From a bacterium (GTDB lineage Bacteria; UBA8248), in assembly GCA_965207065.1 (NCBI GenBank), contig OZ242260.1, forward strand, positions 320,001-384,000: a stretch of 64,000 nt of DNA. Direction: 5' to 3'. Numbering within the stretch: the stretch's first letter is position 1; every line of letters begins with the position of its first letter. Shown here in pieces: positions 41,446 to 51,675 of this stretch. The translations under genes and the position numbers were made by a program. Below the pieces are notes generated by a model. That model worked only from the letters and a program-made list of their open reading frames with translations, searched no databases and had not been told where the DNA came from.

Positions 41446-43386
41446 TCAAGGCCGCGTGAGTCCCAATTCCCTCTTGAGTTTCGGGTGAAGCGGCGAGCCG
41501 AACCTCTCGGCCTCTCTCCCATGTTTTTGGGCGCCTGCGCGGTCACCCTCCAGATACAAAGCCAGCGCCAGATTGTGGTGGACGCCACCGTGGCCGGGCT
41601 TAAGCCTCAATGCCGCCCTGAACTGCGCTATAGCCAGACGCCTCGAGCCCGACTTGAGGTAGAGAGTCCCTAAATTGAAGCGCGCCTCCTCCAGCGTGGG
41701 GTTGAGACCAATCGCGCGCTCGAAATGGGGCCTCGCCAAATCGCCGCGCTCAGCGCCCATGTACAGCGCTCCCAGCGCCAGATGCGCCTCCGCGTTCTCG
41801 TCGTTGAGCCGCAGAGCGCGCTTCAAGGAAATTTCGGCGGCGGCCGCATCGCCGCTTTGCATCTGCGCGATGCCTAAATCCACCCAGGCGTAATCGTAGA
41901 CGGGATAGATGGCGACGGATTTTTTAAGCGGCGCTATCGCCTCCCGGAACCTGTTCCGGTCGATCAGGGCCTGTCCATACACCCTGAGCGCACGGGCACT
42001 GTTCGGCGACACTTCCGCCGTACGCCGCCAGAAACGGAGCGCATCGCCCCACTCGTGGTTTCGCTTCATCGTAAGCGCGCCAAAGAGCATGCACACGCCG
42101 ACGAGCAGCGCGGCGGCGACTCGCCAGTCTCTTCCACTGAGCATCACACACACCGTAGGCGCCAGGGCGATGAGAAAACCGGCCGATGGGATATACAGCA
42201 CCCGCTCCGCCATGATGGTGCCCATCGGGATCAGCAGGTTACTCACGGGCAGGTAGGCGCCGATGAAAACGACAAGACCGAAGGCGACCCACGGCATTTC
42301 TTTCCTCAGACGCCAGGCAGAGTAGCCCCACGCCAGAAGCCCCAAAATACCCGCCGCCGCCCAGAGCATCGCTTCCGCTCCTTCCACCGGAATCTGTGCG
42401 AAGGAATAATCCATGCTCAACGGCCATGGCCAGAACAGGAGTTTGATATAGCGGCCCAGGACGCCGATGGCGCCGAAGATTCGCCCGCCTGCCGGCATCA
42501 GCGCCAGGACGTTGTCCAGTTTCGATGGCGGGTAGGGGCGCGCCAGCATCCCCAAGGCGGAATACCGCATCCACACATATATGATGAGCACGAAGGCGAG
42601 CGCGCAGACGGCGATGAGCGTGTTCCTGAGAGGCGGACGCTCCGTCTCTCCCAATACATACCGGCCCCAGAGCCACCACAAAAGAGCGGTGAACAGCAGG
42701 GCGACCCCGATTTCCTTGGACAGCAGCGCAAAAAGGCAAAGCGCGCACGTGAGGCCGACAGGCGCGAGTAAATTTCGATAAGGGGAGCTTCCTTCTCCTC
42801 CCCTATCGGAACTTCCCTGCGCTTCGCCGGGTTTCGCCCCAGGGAGCGCAACGCCCATCAATAGCCCCAATCCCCCGAACACGCCTATGGCGGCCATCAG
42901 GTCGGCGCGCGCGACGACGGCGTTCACCGCCTCGGTATGAACCGGGTGGAGGGCGAACAGCAGGGAAACGGCTCCCGCCGCATTGCGCGAGAGGCCGAAT
43001 CGAACGCACAGCCAGAACAACGCGAGCGAGGCAAAGGCGTGCAACAAGGCGTTGATGATTCGGTAGCCAACCGGATTCAGTCCGCCAAGTGCGTGGTTCA
43101 GCGCAAGGGAGGCGATGGTGAGGGGCCGGTAGAGGCGGTCTCTTCCCTCGTTCGTCTCGAGCACGGCCCAGTAGTCGCGCTGAAAAGCTTCCAGGATGCG
43201 GCCGCTCTCGCGGACCAGGGGATTCTCGCCGATGATGGCGATGTCGTCATGCAGAAACGGGTTCGAAAACGTACCGGCGAAGATGAAAAATGCGGCTCCT
43301 GCAATTGCGCAGATCCAACCCCATTTCACAAGCGAGTGCATTCTTCCTCTCTCATCAGCCGCCAGAACTATCGGGCAATCCGCCAT
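41446..43386 (-). CDS. TMTC-like membrane glycosyltransferase (DUF1736) with C-terminal TPRs
   Basis: FLHDD, YRPLT, LFALHPVHTEAV..RADL, SKE, AERVLYIPS, RNHEW, then TPR repeats. Confidence 0.85.
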   Translation of the reverse strand: MADCPIVLAADERGRMHSLVKWGWICAIAGAAFFIFAGTFSNPFLHDDIAIIGENPLVRESGRILEAFQRDYWAVLETNEGRDRLYRPLTIASLALNHALGGLNPVGYRIINALLHAFASLALFWLCVRFGLSRNAAGAVSLLFALHPVHTEAVNAVVARADLMAAIGVFGGLGLLMGVALPGAKPGEAQGSSDRGGEGSSPYRNLLAPVGLTCALCLFALLSKEIGVALLFTALLWWLWGRYVLGETERPPLRNTLIAVCALAFVLIIYVWMRYSALGMLARPYPPSKLDNVLALMPAGGRIFGAIGVLGRYIKLLFWPWPLSMDYSFAQIPVEGAEAMLWAAAGILGLLAWGYSAWRLRKEMPWVAFGLVVFIGAYLPVSNLLIPMGTIMAERVLYIPSAGFLIALAPTVCVMLSGRDWRVAAALLVGVCMLFGALTMKRNHEWGDALRFWRRTAEVSPNSARALRVYGQALIDRNRFREAIAPLKKSVAIYPVYDYAWVDLGIAQMQSGDAAAAEISLKRALRLNDENAEAHLALGALYMGAERGDLARPHFERAIGLNPTLEEARFNLGTLYLKSGSRRLAIAQFRAALRLKPGHGGVHHNLALALYLEGDRAGAQKHGREAERFGSPLHPKLKRELGLTRP

Positions 43387-43562
43387 GGCGAGGGCAACCG
43401 CCCGGAATAGTCGGTTTTCGCATGAAAAGGCTCCCGGAGTCGCGACCCGACCGTGGTAATCTCAGGGACATGCGAATCATCATGCCTCCATCATGACAAC
43501 AAAACTTCCGCCCCGCCACCAAGAAACCCAGACAAAATCGCCCTGAACGTTCTCTTTACCTT

Positions 43563-43591
43563 TTGACTCCCGGCGTGACGACTGCTAGTCT
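43563..43591 (+). promoter_or_regulatory. Sigma70-like promoter of the thiC leader
   Basis: TTGACT, 17-nt spacer, TAGTCT just upstream of the riboswitch. Confidence 0.55.
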
Positions 43592-43603
43592 TTTAGATTG
43601 AAA

Positions 43604-43680
43604 GTTCGCTGGGGGTGCCTTGCAGGCTGAGAACAAACCCTTCGAACCTGAACCGGTTAGAGCCGGCGTAGGGAAGCGAC
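43604..43680 (+). promoter_or_regulatory. TPP riboswitch (THI element)
   Basis: ggggtgc..ggctgaga..accc..gaacctgaaccggttagagccggcgtagggaa consensus, upstream of thiC. Confidence 0.95.
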
Positions 43681-43724
43681 AGGTCTTCCACATCCTCTGG
43701 TTTCCCTTCGCCACAAGTGAATAA

Positions 43725-45581
<1,857 letters not shown>

Positions 45582-45607
45582 GCCGTCCGTAACCGACTCG
45601 ACGCATT

Positions 45608-45643
45608 AAACCCCGCCTGGGCCGACGCTCAGGCGGGGTTTTC
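45608..45643 (+). terminator. Rho-independent terminator after thiC
   Basis: aaaccccgcctggg..ctcaggcggggtttt. Confidence 0.85.
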
Positions 45644-45784
45644 TATTGTTCTAGCAAACATCGATATTGAAGTGTTTTTCGGCATCCCCATACCCTCATG
45701 CCAAACAAGCTCGTCACAAGTGATTCCTTGTCCGCGTGATTGATGCTAAATTCCTCTTATCGGACCGAGTCGAGGGGAGCCGTC

Positions 45785-46843
45785 ATGACGCTGAAAATGG
45801 GTGTGTGGGCGCCCGTGTGGGGCACGTTTCTGGGCCGTATCGAAAAGCCCGAGGAAGTGAAGGAGGCCTCTTTCGCCCACAATGCGCGCTACATTCAGCG
45901 AGCGGAGGAACTGGGCTTCGAGACCACCCTGCTGCTCGACAGGAGCCTGAACAGCATCAAGGGCCTGGGCGCGCCCGTTCTCGAGGCCTGGATCACCGCG
46001 GCGGCGCTGGCGCCCATCACGAAGAATATCGAACTCATCATCGCCGCCAAGAGCGCCTACCGCCACCCCTCGCTCGTCGCCCAGATGGGGGCGAACATCG
46101 ATTGCATCAGCGGGGGGCGCTTCGCCATCAACATCGTCTCGGGCTGGTGGGCGCTGGAGAACGAAATGGCGGGCATCCCCTTCCCGCCGCACGATGAGCG
46201 CTACGACCTCTCCGAAGAGGTCATGCACATCCTCAAATGCTACTGGACGAAGGAGCGATTCAGCTTCCAGGGCAAGTATTTCCAGATAACCGACGGCGTC
46301 ACCGCGCCCAAACCCGTCCGAAAACCCTGGCCCACGTTTTATTTCGGGGGCGAATCGACCGCCGCCGTGAAGCTGGCGGGCAAGGCCGCGGACGTCTTCC
46401 TGTTCAACGGCCGTTCGCTCGCGGACGCAAAATCGCTGATGTCCGCCGTGAACCATGAAGCGCAGGCAAACGAGAGAACCATCCGCCACGGGATGAGTTC
46501 ATTCATCGTTTGCCGCGACACCGACGAGGAGGCCCAGGCGGAACTCGACCGCCTTTTCACGCTCATCACCGAACCGCCGAAGCTAACGGGAGTCGACAGG
46601 GCCGCCCAGCACAGGAAAACGAGCGCGAAGGCGGGCGGCGTGGGCTCGAACGGCGGCACGGCGACGGGCCTCGTCGGCTCGCCTGAGACCATCGCCGAGC
46701 GCATCATGGCGTTTCACGAGGCGGGGGTGGAGTTGTTCCTGCTCCAGTTCCATCCCATGCTCGAGGAGATGGAGCGCTTCGCCTCGGAGGTCATGCCCCT
46801 CCTGCCCCTGGGCGAGAAAGAGCCCGAGGCGGCGGAAGCCTAG
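45785..46843 (+). CDS. LLM-class flavin-dependent monooxygenase (SsuD/SfnG-like)
   Basis: AEELGF, LEAWITAAALA, ISGGRFAINIVSGW, HDERY, YFGGES, GLVGSPETIAERI. Confidence 0.88.
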   Translation: MTLKMGVWAPVWGTFLGRIEKPEEVKEASFAHNARYIQRAEELGFETTLLLDRSLNSIKGLGAPVLEAWITAAALAPITKNIELIIAAKSAYRHPSLVAQMGANIDCISGGRFAINIVSGWWALENEMAGIPFPPHDERYDLSEEVMHILKCYWTKERFSFQGKYFQITDGVTAPKPVRKPWPTFYFGGESTAAVKLAGKAADVFLFNGRSLADAKSLMSAVNHEAQANERTIRHGMSSFIVCRDTDEEAQAELDRLFTLITEPPKLTGVDRAAQHRKTSAKAGGVGSNGGTATGLVGSPETIAERIMAFHEAGVELFLLQFHPMLEEMERFASEVMPLLPLGEKEPEAAEA

Positions 46844-46850
46844 CCCGCGC

Positions 46851-47327
46851 TCACTCCAGCGATACGCGCGCGCCCAGCCCGAAGCCATTCCTCAAGAACC
46901 AGCCCTGGTTCACTTCCAGCACTTGGCGCACCTTGTTCCGGGAGCGATAGGAAGGAATCCGCGTCCCCGGTCTGTGGGGCTGTAAGTGTATGATTTCCAA
47001 CACCTCTCCGCTCTTGTCGATGAAGGCGAGCGACAGCGGAATCCGCGTGTTCTTCATCCAGAAGAACCGCCGCGCGTCCCCCTGGTATACGAAGAGCATC
47101 CCGGCGTTCTCGGCCAGCCGCTCCCTGTTCATGAGGCCCTGCGCGCGGGCTTTGGCGGTGCTTGCGATCTCGACCGGGAGCACGGCCTCGCGCCCCTCCT
47201 GGGTGATGCGCACCACCCCGCTTTCGAACGTCTGGGCGGCGGCGGACGGGGGCGCGAGCAGCGCCCAGACGAGCATCGCGGCGCAGAGGATGCCGGTTCC
47301 CGATACCATTCGCACGGATAACCTCAT
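46851..47327 (-). CDS. DUF192 domain protein
   Basis: VEIAST..RAQGLMNR..GMLFVY..FWMKNTRIPLSLAFID..VLEVNQG; start uncertain. Confidence 0.9.
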   Translation of the reverse strand: MRLSVRMVSGTGILCAAMLVWALLAPPSAAAQTFESGVVRITQEGREAVLPVEIASTAKARAQGLMNRERLAENAGMLFVYQGDARRFFWMKNTRIPLSLAFIDKSGEVLEIIHLQPHRPGTRIPSYRSRNKVRQVLEVNQGWFLRNGFGLGARVSLE

Positions 47328-47771
47328 AGATAACAGGCACTTGAATGAGCCGGCCGGGAGCGGCCCCCCGGGGAGATCCGGCCCCGCAACTCCCCGCATT
47401 TCCCGTCATCGAGCCACACCCGGATTATGGCAGAATTCTTCCTGTGCTGCGCACCGGCGGCGTCATTTCCCCCCGAAACAATTTGCGGTAATTTACCGAT
47501 AAACCCCGTGAATTTATCTGAATTCATCTAATTTTTCGGAAATTCATTTTCCGGTTCGATTTCTTTGCGCGTCGCCGCCTTGTCCGACGCGGCTCTTCAC
47601 CGCCGCTGGCGATTGCCCGGAATTGCGCGTGCGGTTTCCGATCCGATCAACCGCTCGCGGTTTTTCTGAATGTAGAGTGACCCCGCACCGGGCCTTCCAT
47701 ATGCGCCCGGGCCCCGGCGGGGGAGAATCCAGGCCGGAGAACGGCATTACGGCGCATCGTCGTTCGTCCGT

Positions 47772-48692
47772 CTAGGAATACCTTGCCGAGTGCCCGAGGA
47801 ACTCCAGGCATTTTTGCGCGAGGGGATTTCTTCGCCCCTTCTCGGTGAACATGCCGCAAAAATGGTTGTCGTATTCGACGTAGCCGTCGGCGAGTTCGAC
47901 CAGTGCGCCGGTGTCGAGGTACCGCTCGAACCAATGCTGCCAGCCCAACGCGATGCCGCGCCCGGCGGCGGCCGCCTCCAGCACGTAGATGTAGCTGTCG
48001 AGACCCATGTACCGGGGCGTTCGCGACGGCCGGCCGGCAGCCCTGAACCAGTCCTCCCAGGACGCCCAGCCCTGGTTGGGCCGTGTGAGGTCGAGAAACG
48101 TGAGCCCGCTCCAGCCGCTGACGGGCCCGTTCAGAATATCCGCATGGGTCTCGGCATAGCCGGGCGAGCAGAGCGGCCTCACCGCTTCCCTGATGAGCAT
48201 CACGCGATCTTCCGCCCCGAGGTTCGCTTCCCAGGCCAATACGATGTCCGCGACCGGCTCATGAGGCAGGTTCTGCACACCGTAGTGGTAGGTCAGGATG
48301 CGAATCTCGACATGCTCGCCGAGCGCCTCCAGCAGCTGTTCGTATTGCGGCATCAACAGGAAGTGGGAAATTTCATGAGAGCAGGTGATCACCACTTGTT
48401 CCCCGCCCGGCCGGGCGGCGACCTCGCTGGCGGCCGACCGGATGATGCCGAGGCCCGCGGCGACGGCGTCATGGAAACGGATTCCGGCATCGGTCAGGGT
48501 CACTCCGGTCCGGGAACGCTCGAACAGCCGTACCGAGAGCTGCTTCTCGAGGTTCGCCACCAGGCGGCTGATCGCGGGCTGCGAGGTGCGGAGTTCCTCG
48601 GCCGCATGGGACAGGCTGCCCAGCCGGGCCGCGCTATCGAAGGCCACCAGGGCGCTGGTCGCCGGAATTCGGGAAGACTTGTTTCTTTTCAT
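47772..48692 (-). CDS. LysR-family transcriptional regulator (GcvA-like)
   Basis: LVAFDSAARLGSLSHAAEELRTSQPAISR..LE..LFER; AAAAGRGIALGW. Confidence 0.92.
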   Translation of the reverse strand: MKRNKSSRIPATSALVAFDSAARLGSLSHAAEELRTSQPAISRLVANLEKQLSVRLFERSRTGVTLTDAGIRFHDAVAAGLGIIRSAASEVAARPGGEQVVITCSHEISHFLLMPQYEQLLEALGEHVEIRILTYHYGVQNLPHEPVADIVLAWEANLGAEDRVMLIREAVRPLCSPGYAETHADILNGPVSGWSGLTFLDLTRPNQGWASWEDWFRAAGRPSRTPRYMGLDSYIYVLEAAAAGRGIALGWQHWFERYLDTGALVELADGYVEYDNHFCGMFTEKGRRNPLAQKCLEFLGHSARYS

Positions 48693-49401
48693 ATCAATAA
48701 TAATATATCAAATGATTGAAAATGAAAATATCAGTATAATATGTATGCGATATATATCTTTATAGCGGTATTATCGTGCCTTTATCCTTATCAATATCGT
48801 TATATTCGAACACAAAAAAATCCGTCATGGTCCGGGGGGTGGAGACCCTGATGTTACCGATGGGAATAAAGCGAAACAAGCTGCCGGTGAGCGGATTCCG
48901 GGCGTGCGGCGCGCGGGCATGAGGCCGTCGGCGCGGAATATCCGCCGCAACCTCGGCATTCAGGAGCAGCCGCTCCACGTCCAGATATAAAAAATGCAAA
49001 AACATGAGTTGATTTTTTTCCGGCTATTACATATAAATTATGTGATATTAATATATCAACGAGGTATGTTGCGACACAATCCGAGATATAGGCAAGAACC
49101 CTGCAAACCCCGGACCGGGAGCGGGAGAAGGTGTACGCCAGGCTCCCGCCCGGGAACGGGGAAACGGTTTCCCGATTCTCCCCGGCGCTTCCCGAAATTT
49201 TCATCACCACTTTGAATGCGGGCTCAGGGTCGGCAGCCTCGCGTGCGAATGCGGTCTGTTCGTCGTGGAGCGGGGCTGAAAAAGCGGAGTGATGATACGG
49301 CTCTGCGGGAAAAAAGAACCGGTAGCGACAACGAATTGAGCGATGAGGACGAGACTGACGTTTCCTCCATCCGAAGCCTCGTCTCATCCGGCGCGGCGTT
49401 T

Positions 49402-49620
49402 TTATCTTATCCCCCCGAAGGCGCCAAGAATCTTCTCCGCCCGATCATCCAAGGTCCCCGCCGCTTCCTCGTGGTTGAGGCCGCAGAACCCCCCGGCCAC
49501 CTTCCCGTCCGCGTCAGTGAACCCGTTCGCCTCGACCGTCACGTCATAGGCCAGGCTGGATTTCCGCCACCCCCTCAGCCGCGCCCGTTCGCATCGAAAC
49601 CCGTTCGGTGGGAGAATACG
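49402..49620 (-). pseudogene. Orphan C-terminal fragment of a TbpB-like barrel lipoprotein
   Basis: LAYDVTVEANGFTDADGKVAGGFCGLNHEEAAGTLDDRAEKILGAFGGIR*. Confidence 0.55.
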
Positions 49621-49774
49621 TCTTAAGACTTATGGAGCTCGCGCAAGAGTCGGGAGCGGCGCCTGGGTTTCCGAGCGGGTATCCTGACTCGGGTGCGCAT
49701 CGAGAGGACAGCCACCGGCGGGCGCGTTCGCGGGGCCTGCGTTTTCATCACGCCTTAAGCCTGGAGGAACTGCA

Positions 49775-50242
49775 ATGGCCGAAGATCATCATCATTTCAT
49801 GGGATTGACGATCGAGGAGTCGCGTCTTGCGCTCGAGGCGGGGAACTCCCCCGTCGGCTCCATCATCGTCAGGGACGGGGAAATCATCGGCAGGGGGCAG
49901 AACCGCGTCATCTCCCACAACGACCCCACCTGCCACGGCGAGACCGACGCCATCCGGAACGCATGCCGCGATCTGGGCGCGCCCGACCTGCCCGGCACGA
50001 CGCTCTACACGGCGATGGAGCCCTGCCCGATGTGCTGCTGGGCCATCGTCCTGGCGAAGGTCGAGACGCTCGTCCTGGGCGCGCGCCACGCGGAAATGGG
50101 GCGGACCGACTACGGAGACTATTCCGTCGAAAAACTCCTGGAGATGGGGAATCAATCCGTGGCGCTCGTCACGGGGGTCCGCGTGGCCGAATGCGAGGCC
50201 TTAAGGCGCAGCTGGTCGGGGTGGGTGGAGCCCACGTCGTAA
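49775..50242 (+). CDS. Nucleoside/nucleobase deaminase (CDA/TadA superfamily)
   Basis: DPTCHGETDAIR..LYTAMEPCPMC zinc motif. Confidence 0.9.
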   Translation: MAEDHHHFMGLTIEESRLALEAGNSPVGSIIVRDGEIIGRGQNRVISHNDPTCHGETDAIRNACRDLGAPDLPGTTLYTAMEPCPMCCWAIVLAKVETLVLGARHAEMGRTDYGDYSVEKLLEMGNQSVALVTGVRVAECEALRRSWSGWVEPTS

Positions 50243-50277
50243 CTGAAAAGAGCCGGAAGACAACGAGGAGAGAATTC

Positions 50278-51102
50278 ATGAGCCGCTGGATACAGGAACT
50301 GACCTGGCCGGACGTGGCGGAATACCTGGAGCGCGGGGATACGGCGCTCGTGCCCGTCGGCGCCACCGAGCAGCACGGGCCGCACTGCCCGCTGGGAACG
50401 GACGCGGCCGAGGCCATCGCGACCGCCGAAGAAGTGGCCGAGCGGGCGGACGCCCTCATCGCCGCTCCCCTGTGGTTCGGGTGGTCGCCGCATCATCTCG
50501 CGTTTCCGGGTACGATTTCGATCGCCGCGGAGACGCTCACGCGCGTCGTCGAGGACGTGTGCAACAGCCTCGTGGTTCACGGCTTCAGGCATATCGTTAT
50601 CTTAAACGGCCACCGGGTCGCGAACCTCCCGCCGATAGAGATCGCCGTCGTGCGGGTGAGGAATTTGACAGGCGCGGCGGTCGCCATCGTGGACTTGGCC
50701 CTCATCGCCGGCAAGGAGATTCGCGACGCCTGCGAGAGTCCCCCCGGAGGCGTAGGCCACGGGTGCGAATCCGAAACCTCCTTCATGCTCTACAAGTACG
50801 GCGAACAGGTCCGGATGGAGCGCGCCGTGGACGCAATTCCGGAGGTGGGCGAATTCGAGCACCGCTTCGTGTCCGTGGACCACGCCGTCAACCGGGTCGA
50901 AAACCCGAAGCTCTCCTTCCCGCCGACGATGGAGGAATACGGACAAAACCGCGAAGCGATGGGGGTCGGCGGCGCGGCCACTCTGGCGTCCGTTGAGAAG
51001 GGAGAGAAAATTTTCGAAGCCATCGCGGCGAACACCACGAGATTCGTCAAAACCTTTCAGAACGTGCCCGTCACCATCAAGGCGACCGCCCCGCCCCTTT
51101 AA
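50278..51102 (+). CDS. Creatininase family amidohydrolase
   Basis: PVGATEQHGPH.PLGTD, SPHH..FPGTIS, LNGH..N, GHGCESETS; GAGGAG RBS. Confidence 0.9.
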   Translation: MSRWIQELTWPDVAEYLERGDTALVPVGATEQHGPHCPLGTDAAEAIATAEEVAERADALIAAPLWFGWSPHHLAFPGTISIAAETLTRVVEDVCNSLVVHGFRHIVILNGHRVANLPPIEIAVVRVRNLTGAAVAIVDLALIAGKEIRDACESPPGGVGHGCESETSFMLYKYGEQVRMERAVDAIPEVGEFEHRFVSVDHAVNRVENPKLSFPPTMEEYGQNREAMGVGGAATLASVEKGEKIFEAIAANTTRFVKTFQNVPVTIKATAPPL

Positions 51103-51134
51103 GGCGGAGGGGCCCATATTCGGTTCATGGGCTG

Positions 51135-51362
51135 CAGGGGCGGTTCGCGAACCGCCCACCCCGAAGAAACGGGCGCTTCACGAAGCGCCCCTACGGGTAA
51201 TGATGACCGAGGAATGAAGACGGCGCGGGGGCCTGTCCTGACGGGGGCTTCCTTCCAATTCAAATCGAGATTACTCATCGTCATTCCGGCTTTCGCCGGA
51301 ATGACGAACCAGAAAACGCATAGACCGTTTTTCGTAGGGACAGGCCCCTGTGCCTGTCCGAG
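51135..51362. repeat. Cluster of REP-like palindromes (GTAG and CGTC types)
   Basis: gggcggttcgcgaaccgccc; gggcgcttcacgaagcgcccctac; cgtcattccggctttcgccggaatgacg; gtagggacaggcccctgtgcctgtcc. Confidence 0.75.
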
Positions 51363-51425
51363 GCCCCCGTTGCCCCTCCACCCGTATGCCATTTGGGCGT
51401 CAATGCGAATGTAGAGGCCGCATAT

Positions 51426-51607
51426 GGGGTTGTTGAAAACCCCCGAGAAGGGAGTTCGCGGTTATTGTAGGTAGCGCTCCCTTATTGGGAGCGCTACAGA
51501 TATGCGGCCCTTTTGGTGGGAAATAAGTGCGGGGCGCATATATGCGCCCCCTACACATTCACATATGTCGAACCGAACTGCAGAGTCGGGGTTTTTTCAA
51601 CAACTCC
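51426..51607. mobile_element. MITE-like element containing REP-like hairpins
   Basis: Terminal IR ggggttgttgaaaacccccga / tcggggttttttcaacaactcc; internal gtagcgctccc..gggagcgctac and ggggcgcatatatgcgcccc. Confidence 0.6.
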
Positions 51608-51675
51608 CAAGGGGGGAGTGCTTCTTACTCCTTCATAAGTCGCGTCAAACACTCATCCATCAATCGTGTTTGCCC

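Noticed and set aside
49090-49200. Cobalamin or other riboswitch
   Set aside because: GC-rich hairpins are present but no recognisable B12 box or other aptamer consensus.
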